From positions 138,136,001 to 138,200,000 of the forward strand of contig NC_042998.1 of NCBI RefSeq assembly GCF_006345805.1: DNA of 64,000 bases. The letters run 5' to 3'. Below, in pieces: positions 26,811 to 39,274 of this stretch. Every line of letters begins with the position of its first letter. Position 1 is the stretch's first letter. This DNA comes from Octopus sinensis (taxonomy: Eukaryota). Below the pieces are notes generated by a model. It worked only from the letters and a program-made list of their open reading frames with translations, searched no databases and had not been told where the DNA came from. The translations under genes were made by a program, and so were the position numbers.

Positions 26811-27252
26811 TAGAACATAAATAGGAGCAAAAACAAACACTAAAAGTAGTATTTAAAATCTTCGAATCAAAAATAATCATGCAAAGCAATAACGAAAACC
26901 TAAAGCATTAAAAATAAAGAAGACTTGACAATATTAAACAGTTACTTCAACAATAACAACAATAAACAAAGGTACAAAGGAAAACAAAAACAAAGGTATA
27001 AAAATAAATATAATTAAAAATAAACGTTTATACAACAATTGACAGCCAGAATATTGTTTCATTTTGTCTGGACTGAGTCATTTAAAGAAAATTGCAATTC
27101 CATTTGATATGCCTTGTATCTCTGTTAATAATTAGCGTCCTTTTCATTGGCACTGCTGCCATCTTGCGTCATAAGGCGAAGGGCGAAGTATCTGTGGCGA
27201 AGAGAGAACGGTGGTGTTTCTTTACTCTGAATCGGAACACGGCCGAATAAAC

Positions 27253-27996
<744 letters not shown>

Positions 27997-28210
27997 AACG
28001 GTGAGTTGGCAGAATCGTTACCATATCGGACAAAAATGCTCAGCGGCATTTCGTCCGTTTTTACGTTCTGAGTTCAAATCCTGCCGCAGTCGACTTTGCT
28101 TTTCATCCTTTCGAGGTCATAAATATAAGTTCCTGTGAAGCACTGAGATCGATATATTCGACTAGCCCCTTCCCACAAAATTTCAGGCCTTGCGTCTAAA
28201 GTAGAAACAA
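27997..28210 (+). mobile_element. tRNA-derived SINE family A
   Basis: GGTGAGTTGGCAGAATCGTTA head, GAGTTCAAATCC B-box, between (ATT)n arrays. Confidence 0.85.
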
Positions 28211-28234
28211 TTATTATTATTATTATTATTATTA

Positions 28235-28269
<35 letters not shown>

Positions 28270-28294
28270 CATTATTATTATTATTATTATTACT

Positions 28295-28430
28295 AAGTCG
28301 GTGAACTGGCAGAATCGTTACCGCATCGGACAAAATGTTCAGCAGCATTTCAGGGTGGATAAAGTAAGTACCATGTTGCGTACTAGTATCTATGTAATCC
28401 TTTCTATAGTAGAAAGGATTACCATTATCG
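28295..28430 (+). mobile_element. tRNA-derived SINE family A, deleted copy
   Basis: GGTGAACTGGCAGAATCGTTACCGCATCGGACAAAATG head, nearly identical to the 27997 copy head. Confidence 0.7.
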
Positions 28431-28532
28431 ATATGACAGTAGTCAAGAATGCTAGAAGATAACCGAATGACGATAAAGTAGAAAAACACCAACACGCATA
28501 CTCATCCACATGCTCATGTATAATTATGTATT

Positions 28533-28591
<59 letters not shown>

Positions 28592-28736
28592 TGTGCGTGT
28601 GCGTGTGTGTGCAATCGACCTCAGAGCTTCTTTCAAGTCTAGTGCTTATTCTATCGGCAACTCTTTTACGGAGACATCATGTTAAGGACACACCTCCACA
28701 CACATACATACAGATGCGCGAGCGCACGTGCAAGGA

Positions 28737-28890
28737 AGCATGGCTTAGTGGTTAGGGTGTTGCGCTCACAGTCGCGTGATCGTGGTTTCAATTACTAAAC
28801 CGTTTGGTGAGTTGTGTTCTTGAGAAAAACATTTCATCTTCATATTGCTCTGCTATCACTTCGACACCTTACGTGTTGCACACTGTGCAC
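28737..28890 (+). mobile_element. tRNA-headed SINE-like element, third family
   Basis: GCATGGCTTAGTGGTTAGGGTGTT A-box and decayed GGTTTCAATT B-box, followed by GTGTTCTTGAGAAAAACATTTCA body. Confidence 0.5.
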
Positions 28891-28971
28891 CTAATGGGGG
28901 GAGTGCGCTGATGTACAGCACATACATTTCATCGCTATAAACAACTCGCTTCTACGCATGTACATATATAT

Positions 28972-29012
<41 letters not shown>

Positions 29013-29517
29013 CGAATGCCAATTTCTTTCTTTCTGTCTGGTTGTTACCATCTTAGTGCCTAAATCACCAAACCAATATTCACAAAACTTTGCATACACG
29101 TTACACTAACATCCAGTTAAATAATAGGCTAATTGGATTTCAATTCTTTGGCCGAATCATATGATAAAATGAGAAGGTTGCGAAACGCATTAGTCTGAGG
29201 GTAAGGTAATAACAAAGAGAGGGTGACTTATATCAATGAAGGCGAAAACAGTGGTGGAAATGGGATGTTAACTTTATTACAGCTGTAATATACACGCGAC
29301 GCTGCATACATACTTTTGTAAATGCATAGCTACAACACACAAGCACAGAGAAAGGGGTGTGTGAGGAATACTTAGCTTTAAGAAGAGAGGGGTAGGTGGC
29401 TTTTCTGCAGTCCATCGTAAAGAGACATTCACACACAGAGACACACATACACACTCATACAAACATACATACATACATGCATACATACATGCATACATAC
29501 ATACATACATACATACA

Positions 29518-29548
<31 letters not shown>

Positions 29549-29599
29549 GTCTACTATACACCATTTTAAACTCGTAACTACCTGTGTGTACGTTTGTAA

Positions 29600-29650
<51 letters not shown>

Positions 29651-29999
29651 GTGTGACGTCCTGTAACTGTCTGTCTCTTTACTTTTGTAGGGTCTTCCCT
29701 GTTGCTCTCACATATTATTTCCAAAGTTGGTATATTGAAGTAATTTTCCCCGTTAAATCCGATTTTGCTATATATTTGTTCCAGAAAAGTTGCAGAAAAG
29801 TGTTACCAAAGTTTCAAGTTTAAGCAATTTTGTCTAATCAGAAAACAGGATTTGGAAGCTGGCATTTTCTGCATGATAGCTGTGTATCACGAAATGAAAA
29901 ACAAAATCATTAGGAGGAGGGATTTTTATTAAACATACATACATACATACATACATACATACATACATACATACGTATGTATGTATGCACGTATTTACA

Positions 30000-30590
30000 T
30001 ACATAGATATTTCTGTTGATGACCTGAGGTTATATGCTGGTAACAGGAACAACATTCTCACAATTTTCTCACGAGAGATAGGGATACAGTTTGGTCAAGA
30101 TAAATGCTCATACATGATAGTCAAGCGAAGAAAGATTATCAACCTGATAGAGAACACGTACATCAATGGCTTATCTGTCTCCCCTATCTCTAATGATGAA
30201 AACTATAAGTATCTCGGAGTCGCCGATAATGTTGCACACGTTGGTGTTATGACTAAAGCCAGAATAACAAAAGAGTACTTGTGTGGACTCAAAGAAAATC
30301 TGGAACACAGAGTTGTCTGCATTTAAGAAGACCATATCTCACAATGCTTTTGCCGCTCCATTGCTTGTACCAACATTTGGGTTATTGGGCGGGATCTGCA
30401 GCTGGGCATTAAAACCAAAAAGATACTGACCACCACTGGCAACTGCAACATTAACAGCAATACCGATACGTTCTATGTGAGATGAAGTGATGGTGGTAGA
30501 AGCATAAGGTCAATCCAAACAGCCGTTGAATGTTGCATTGTACCACTCAGACAATACCTGCTGAACAGTAAAGAAATGGGTACATTCCAT
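30000..30590 (+). mobile_element. Second R4/Dong-like family, late RT fragment
   Basis: SVDDLRLY, IGIQFGQDKC, ENYKYLGV, then HNAFAAPLLVPTFG, KTKKILTTTGN, DGGRSIRSIQ in shifted frames. Clearly divergent from the main family. Confidence 0.7.
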
Positions 30591-30682
30591 GCATACTCAA
30601 AAGTGAGAGCAAGAACAACTTCACAGAACTACTGCAGCTACTACTATTACAGCCGCAGCTGCCGCTGCTGCCGCTGCTACCG

Positions 30683-30769
<87 letters not shown>

Positions 30770-32107
30770 ATGCTATATCAACTTCTAACAATAATGATGG
30801 TAATATAAATAATAATAAAAATATCTGGTTGGCAAATTGTAAATAATTAAGTTTAAGTGGCAAGAAAATATGACAAAAATACAGGAAAGCGAATTTTTAT
30901 TCGGCCATCTTAGTGAAAGAAACACAAAACGGAGACGATATATAAATTATTTAAATGAAATTGTGAATACAAAACAAATTTGAAACATAATCAAGTAAAC
31001 ATAAGTAAACACGATTATTTATTTGTTTTGATAAAAGAAAAATAAGAAAAAATTAACAATTACTCCCCTAAGAAACAATGACATTTGTCAAACAGATTTA
31101 AGTTTATTATTGTGCAAGAAGAAACTAGAAACTTTAAGATGCTTATAGTCAAAGACTGCGCGTGCGTGCACACGTACACGCACTTACATAAAAGCACGCA
31201 TTATTTAAACATCCATCCCTTAATCCATCCATACACACATACATACATATATTCATCATGAATACACCCATTCCTCCATCCATCCATCCCTCCATCTATC
31301 CATCCATTCAATCATCCAATCCATCCACACACACAAACACACACACATATATACGCACACACACACAAACACACACACACACACACACACACATACGGTT
31401 CATTTTAACTGGAAGTTTAATTTTCGCTAAACTGTTTATTCGATCGATATTTCGGTATTGAATCTCTTCATCAGTAAGTGTGCTCTTGTTATTCTTTGAC
31501 TTACTTTAAATGACAATTTAGACTCACTTACCCCCCCCCGCCCCCAACACACACACATGTGTATATACACGCACATAAACAGGGAATATTTTCTTATAAT
31601 GAACCTTTTGGCATAACGAAATTTTTCTCAATCCTCGGTTATAAACCTATCAAAAGAAAGACAAAAGAACTCGTTACAGCGAATATTTCAGTTCACCGAA
31701 AGAAAATTAAGCCATCAGTAGATAAAATTTCTTGCTAAAACCCAAAAACTCCGATCCTCTATCCTCGTTGTACACATGTCAACCAACTAAAACACTCATA
31801 ACCGGTACTACCCAAGCGTACTACCGCATATACCCCAGGTGGTATTTCTAAGAGCACTCGTACATCATTCAGATATGAACACGCAAAGAGAATGAACGTG
31901 TTATTTACAAATTCTCTCTCTCTCTCTCTCTCTCTCTCCCCCTCTCCCTCTCTTTCGCTCTCTCTCTCTCCTTCGCTCTCTCCCTCTCTCTCTTATTCTT
32001 AGAAACATTGGCGAAAGAGTTCTTAAACCATAACACCAGGACTAATTACGCACACTACATCTAAGGTAAAATCTAAAAATTTCTTCGTTATTATTGTTTT
32101 TTACGTT

Positions 32108-32321
32108 GATTTCAAATTTTGGCACAAGGCCACCAGGTTCGAGGTAGGTGGGTAAGTCGATTACATCGACTCAGTACTCAACTGGTACATATTTTACCGA
32201 CCCAGAAAGGATGAAAAGCAAAGTCGACCTCGGCGGAATTTGAACTCACAACGTAAAGACGGACGAAATGCCACTAAGCATTTTGTCCGGCGTGCTAACG
32301 ACTCTGCTAGTTCGCCGTCCT
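32108..32321 (-). mobile_element. tRNA-derived SINE family A
   Basis: GAAAGGATGAAAAGCAAAGTCGACCTCGGCGGAATTTGAACTCA...CGTGCTAACGACTCTGCTAGTTCGCCG, reverse of family A. Confidence 0.85.
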
Positions 32322-32939
32322 AATGTTCCTTCTACATTATCAATGATGGGTTGTTATTGTCACATGAAATAAATGACTGTGAGCCGGTTGTGTTATGAAA
32401 TTAGAAAAGAATGAGAAAAAAAATGGAAAGTGATGTTTCTGTTCCGCAAAAGATAACACTATCGGAAGCGTATTCTTGTTCTGAAATATCAGATACCATT
32501 TTTCTATTTGTGACTAGAATTGAAGATTTGTTAAGTCAACATGTTAAATCTGCTCGATCCAAATATTACTGATTATTAATACTTTTTGAGAGCGGAGTCT
32601 TGATTTGTTTCATTAAATGATTATTCTTATAATTCAAATAAAAGTGTTTTTCAGATTAGTGTCTCTTATTCCTTAAAACTATGTTAATACGACGAATTTC
32701 AAAATGGAACAAAATATATGAAAAGAATATTTTTAAATACCTGAAACATACACATTATGTCAAAATAAATACTCATACATGTGAAATATGCACACATATA
32801 TTACGTATACACACCTTTAAAAAAATATCAAGCATAAAAGTTTGTTTTTTTTAATTTTTCAATTAAAGGTTTTGTTCTGAAAGAAAATGGGGGGAAAACG
32901 TATCTGGACAACCCCCTGCATGAAAGTGACCCACCACTT

Positions 32940-33205
32940 CCCCCAGGGCTTGCAGGCTGCAAGCTGCATAGACGCCTCAATAGTGCAGGTGGCACAAAAA
33001 TGTGGTTGGCATTAGGAATGGCATCCATCCGTAAAACAGAGCTAAAGTAGATATTGTAATTAAGCCCTCAGTAGACAAAATTTCTTGCTACAACAAAAAA
33101 CTCCGATCCCTATCCTCGTTGTACACGTGTCAACCAACCAAAACACTCATAACCGTCCAATCCATGACAACATTGAACATGGACGTTAAATGAGGATGCT
33201 GATGC
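32940..33205 (+). mobile_element. SINE-like core and tail fragments
   Basis: GGTTGGCATTAGGAATGGCATCCATCCGTAAAAC core-like motif and ATGGACGTTAAATGAGGATGCTGATG tail. The intervening 33060-33155 is repeated at 31706-31805. Confidence 0.5.
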
Positions 33206-33327
33206 TGATAGGCGAATACATACATACATCATACATACATACATACATACATACATACATACATACATACATACATACATACATACATACATACATACAT
33301 ACCTTATATATATATATATAATATATA

Positions 33328-33369
<42 letters not shown>

Positions 33370-33889
33370 TCATATGACGCTTAAATTTGGAAGTATAATT
33401 TTGCTACCATGTGTAATATCAGAAAATATGGTATACACACAATTACAATAATTTAACTTTTATCAAATTTCTTCGTGCTTATACAAATAGTGAAATGAAT
33501 GCTAATTTTCGAAATGAGAATATTTATTATAACAAAATAAAATACAACAATGCCGTACATGTTCATTCTGAATATGTTCCAGCATATTCGAACGTGAATG
33601 TGCCAATCACTGATATAGTTTATACTTTTTTCTCATTTCTATAACTCTTCTCATTAAATAATGTGTCATTTACTCCTTCTCCCACTTCTCTGTTTCTATG
33701 GGTCTTCATCTCTCAATGGGTGTGCGTGTTTGTATAGTATTCCTTCATTTATTACTTGACAGCAAGCCTAGTATGAGCATTCACCCTGCACTTCATAATG
33801 AAATCGCCATGCATCTCTCTTTTACTCATCTCTCTCTTCTTCTCTCTCTATAATATGTAACTGGAGAAATCATTCAATTTGTCGGCTAT

Positions 33890-33921
<32 letters not shown>

Positions 33922-35095
33922 CATACATACACAGCACTCGGTAAAGATTTCTGAGTGTAAGTTCAAATCATTTGAGCACTACAACACATTTTCTATATTG
34001 AGCATCTCTGGATCTATTCTATTGACTCTATACATATGTATGTATGTCATTATTCAGTTTTATTTCTAACCTAGATCCAAGGCTCCTCCATTGGAATTTC
34101 AGCATTAACAACAGGGTATGTATGTATGTATGTATGTATGTATGTATGTATGTATGTATGTATGTATGTATGTATGTAGTATGTATGTAGTATGTATGTA
34201 TGTATACGTGCAGGTTTCTATGTTTTATATATGTATGAATCTTTGTATGTATGTGTGTAGGTATTATGTATTTTTGTATGTATGCATCTATATATGTACA
34301 TATATAGATGTATACATGACATACACACTGTACACACTCATATTTCAGTTATCTTCATGTATGATTTTTATTCATATATTCTTGTTCATTTTTAAACGAG
34401 GATTTATAACTTAATAACATAAAGAATACTCGATTTTGTTTTGAGTGATCTCATTATAACGAATTTTCCGTTACAACGAATTCGTTATCACAGAAATTTA
34501 CACACACACACACACATACATACACACACATACACACACATACACACACACATACATACACACACATACACACATACACACACACATGTACATATACACA
34601 CGCGAGCATGCACACAAACATGCATGCACACACACACGGCGCACGTACGTACGCACACATACACACACACGCACACAAACACACACAAGGGTAACAGCTG
34701 GCACCTCACAGGTACTTATTTGAATTTCACGTTTCCGATCATCACATTGTATATGAAGTATATAGCATTGCGTTATTGGGAGCTGTTTAATCGTTCTCAT
34801 CAACATTTGCATATTCATTATACATATGTATGTGCAGACGTACATGAATACATACACACATTCACTTTCACATATACATACAAAAACATACATACGTAGG
34901 TACGTAGTACATACATACATTCATACATACATACATACATACATACATACATACATACATACATACATACATGCATACATACATACATACATACATACGC
35001 GCACACACACACATGTTCATATATAAATACATCTTTCGTCCCGCCTCACTTTTTATGGTTTAAAAATATATTATGTATATATATATATAATATAT

Positions 35096-35139
<44 letters not shown>

Positions 35140-35161
35140 ATATATATATATATTATATATA

Positions 35162-35204
<43 letters not shown>

Positions 35205-35239
35205 GTGTGTGTGTGTTGTGTGTGGTGTGTGTGTGTGTG

Positions 35240-35455
35240 TGTTGTGTTGTGTGCTTGCTTCCGGAGATGTACTTACGTAGCAAGTGACCTGATCTGAGAT
35301 CGTATGCTGGAACGAAATCAATTGCAACGTGGAAGATGTTTATAAGCCATTTAAGAAACACAAAAACCGTTAGATTCACTTTAACATTTAAATTTGATTT
35401 GTCAAAATATTTTCGTCGCTTTGAGACCGCGACCTGTTCACTGACAAAATTCCGT

Positions 35456-35460
<5 letters not shown>
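35240..35460 (-). mobile_element. Small repeat carrying a hammerhead-like fold (possible Penelope-associated non-autonomous element)
   Basis: About 220 bp of non-microsatellite sequence between (GT)n and (CT)n arrays, containing the fold below. The Penelope link is inferred from ribozyme architecture only. Confidence 0.45.
35398..35448 (-). ncRNA. Candidate type I hammerhead ribozyme with G3-C8 core variant
   Basis: Minus strand: TTTGTCA (stem I) GTGAACA (core 3-9) G GTCGC-GGTCTCAAA-GCGAC (stem II) GAAA ATAT T T (palindromic AATATT stem III, U16.1, H17) TGACAAA (stem I'). Confidence 0.6.
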
Positions 35461-35496
<36 letters not shown>

Positions 35497-37419
35497 GATA
35501 TTTGTGCAGACATGCATGTTTGTGCGGTATATGAAGAAACTGCTTGATGCTCTGTTTCAATTCGCTTGTGTAGCAGATTTCTATGGAGAAATACACTGTC
35601 TGGACACTTTGACCTGCCACTCCTTTCAAAGTCTCTATCTTCATATCTGGATGAATTTAACAATGCTGATTTTTAACATATACAAAAAACAACGGAAATT
35701 GTAGACGATGTTTTTATAGTACACCGAATCACATGATCAATAGAGCGTCGGATAAAATACCTTCTGGTATTTAGTCGCATCTCTTCATGTTTTTTGTTTA
35801 AATTCCGCAATTGTCTACTTTGTCTTTCATCATTCTGTGGTCGATAAAATAAATACTCGTCAAAGCACCGTAATCGAGTGTAACCCGGGTACAGTCGCTG
35901 CCTAAGGATGAAATTAAGTGTGAGAATTAGCATAAGTGTATTCCTTGATCTTGTAGAGGCAAGAAAACAAAGTTATTTCTGGTTTGGATTTCGAATTGTA
36001 GGGCATAAAACTTAATAATGTAAGATATTTATTTAATCCGACTTTTTAACTCGGTGGAGAAGGAGGAGAAGGAGGAGAAGAAGAAGAAGAAAAAGAAGAA
36101 TAGGTTCATTCTCCTCCTCATCATTATCATCATCTTCATCATCATCATCTTCATCATCTTCATCATCATCACCATCATCATTATTATTATCATCACTGTC
36201 ATCGCCATCGTCCTCCTCCTCTTCGTCTCCTTCCCCCCTACTTTTCCTTCTCTTCCTTCTCATCATCATCATAATCATGACTATTATCACGAAATTGATG
36301 CATATTTTAGCTATATTTAATGAAGATATAGAATAAAATGTAACGTATTTTGATATAAAAACAAAAACAAGAAAAGAACGAAATAAAAGAAATAAAAAGA
36401 TTTGTGGAAACTGTTTTAATATGAGAAAATAGAATCTACATGTTTGGAAACAATTTCAAACATGAAAATAAATGCATACGTACGAGTGAAATAATTGAAA
36501 CTTTTTTTTTAAAGAACGGAAATATTAAACAAAACACAAATCAATTCAGTTGTTGTGAAAGGGGATAGATTCAGTTGGTAAAAAGGCATCAAAGATTTTG
36601 GAATAAATAAACAAATAAATATAGCTGCCGTACAGTAAATCTATCACGCAGCAAATAAAGCTAACACGCAGAGAATAAAGCCAACACGCAGAGAAAAATA
36701 AAGACAATTTAGAAAATATAACGTTAAAGGAGCATTAAAAAAAAGTATTTGAACAATAGATACTTTAAATCATTACTATTATATAAAAGAATTGTTGTTT
36801 TCACTAGGAAAAAAATAATAATAATCTTGTATTTTTGTTTCTCGTACGCGATTCTATTTTATATTGCTAAATAAAATATAAAAATGTATACTTATATAGT
36901 AAATGATAAATGAATGAATAAGAGGCTCGTGCAAATACGCGCTAAATCAAGACCATCTTTAATCACGTGACAAAAAACTGTAATGGCTGATTGCGTAGAG
37001 TAAAACAATTTCTTTTGATTGTAGAAATTTCTGTGATGTATATGCATATATTTAATATTAGGCTTATTACTGCTTTTATTGTTTTTGGGTTATTTTGATT
37101 GTTTGCATTCCAGTTTCTTATTTTCCTACAGTACAATATATTTTAAGAGAAAACATGCTGTTTTCTATGATCAGCTTTAATATTTAAGCTGACAAAGGGT
37201 AGTGGATGGCAGAATCAGTAACATGTGTTGTTATTTAGCGGTAACGTTCAATGTTTCGTAGAGATCAAAACCATGTGAGTTTAATTTCAAATTTTATTCC
37301 CTTTAATGTGTCTCCTTGGGCCAAAGTAAGAAATAGCAAGTATAGAAAAGTTGCAGTAGCATTGCAAACAATAAGAATCTGTCTTCAATTATGTATGTAT
37401 ATATGTATGTATGCATGTA

Positions 37420-37655
37420 TGTATATATATGTGTGTGTCTTTGCGTGTCTTTGTGTCTGTGTTTGTCACCCCATACTGCTTGACAACCGGTTTTTTTTTT
37501 ATTTTACGACCCCATAATATAGCGGTTCGGAAAAAGTGACCGACATAATAAGTACTAGACTTAGAAATAAATATTGGGATCGATTTATTCGACGAAAACT
37601 CTTCAAGACAGTACTCCAGCTTAGCCGCAGTTCAATGATTGAAACAAGTAAAAGA
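37420..37655 (+). mobile_element. SINE family B 3' half
   Basis: GCTTGACAACCGG...TAGCGGTTCGGAAAAAGTGACCGACATAATAAGTACTAG homologous to 49560-49655, continuing to GCCGCAGTTCAATGATTGAAACAAG. Confidence 0.7.
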
Positions 37656-38220
37656 TTTGTTTTTTGTTGGTTCTAACCATTGTGGGTTTGGTCATGTTGG
37701 TTTGTTGTCACATAATTAAAATATTAACAGAACGTAGTTTCGATATAAAAGATCTCTAAGTTGTAGATTCAATTTAGACCCATTGGTCATTAATTGCTAA
37801 CACTTTCCTCTGGTAATATTATAGAATTTGCAACTCAGGTTTTGCAACACCAAAAGGCATTTTACAAAATTAATATAAACTTCCATTAGTTTCAAATGTT
37901 AAAAATCGATCATCATGTTGAAGTGCCATCTGGTGATAATCCCATTTTAAGTTTCTTTTTGTATTTGGTTTGCAAGATTCTTGATGTGAACTCTTGTTCA
38001 AACATCTAGTAGTATCTCGGGAATATCATTATGCCAATGATAAACACATGCACTGATCCTATTTCACTTTTATTATAATTAGTAAATTGGTTAGCCTTTT
38101 AAGCAATTATCCGAACTGAAGCAGACCTGGAGCAGAGAAGGCTTTGACGAATCTAATTGATTGATCGAAATTATTAATCAAACAATCGATTAGTTAATTG
38201 GTTAAACGGCTAACTAATAG

Positions 38221-38275
<55 letters not shown>

Positions 38276-38286
38276 TTACTACTACA

Positions 38287-38332
<46 letters not shown>

Positions 38333-38879
38333 TAATAATAATAATAATGATAATAATAATGATAATAATAAAAGAAATGAAATAGAACCAGTGCGTGTGT
38401 TTATTATTGGCATAATTACTCTTCCGATATATACAACAAAAGGGTTTTAAGGCCATCATGATAAAACATTTGAGATTATATTCGTTATAGGGAAGATTAA
38501 AGGTAAGGAATACAGGCATTCAAAGGTATAAGTTGATTAACAATTTGTCAATGATGTATCATTTTAGTTATTTTGGGGGAAATTTGCTGCTGCTGAAATT
38601 TGGAGATGTTATGAAGAGAAATTACTTAACATTTACAGAATAATAAAAAAAATATGTATACAGTCTAACATTTTAAGAATAAAATCGACTAGAAGTATTA
38701 ATAGCTTTACATTTCTTATCAAAACCAACAAAACTTTGAAGAAGGCCAAATACTTTTAAGTGGCTGGACTCAAAATGAAAAATTAGGCAATGTGTCAACA
38801 ATTTCATTATTTACTGCTCTTATAACAATTGACTTTCGAGTAAAACCTAAAGTAGCGCAACTATTGTAAAAGTGACATT

Positions 38880-39103
38880 TGGTGACTTTTGGAGAATCGT
38901 CAAAGTGACGGTACAGAAAGAAAATGAATGATAAATTTCGATATTTTTTCTCACCCTTTATGCTCTGAGTTCAAATACCACCGAGGTCGACTTTGTCTTT
39001 CATCCTTTCAGGGGTTGATTAAATAAGTACCAGTTGCGCACTGGGGTTGATGTAATCGGCTCATCCCCACCTTGCCCAAGCTAGCCTTATGGCAAAAATT
39101 TGA

Positions 39104-39104
<1 letters not shown>
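38880..39104 (+). mobile_element. tRNA-derived SINE family A
   Basis: GAGTTCAAATACCACCGAGGTCGACTTTGTCTTTCATCCTTTCAGGGG body, ending AAATTTGAAA into (TAA)n. Confidence 0.8.
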
Positions 39105-39149
<45 letters not shown>

Positions 39150-39172
39150 TAATAATAATAATGATGATGATG

Positions 39173-39244
<72 letters not shown>

Positions 39245-39274
39245 GTAATAATGATAATGAAGAACAATTAATAA

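Noticed and set aside
27085-27160. Minus-strand CAAGATGGC start of a short ORF (MAAVPMKRTLII...) as a first coding exon
   Set aside because: Stops after 26 codons with no clear splice donor or homology.
31430-31480. Hammerhead-like CTGATGA...GAAA on the minus strand
   Set aside because: The core words are present but neither stem I nor stem II can be paired.
34720-34750. GTGATGA-TCG-GAAACGTG hammerhead-like word on the minus strand
   Set aside because: No room for stem II, and G at the cleavage position.
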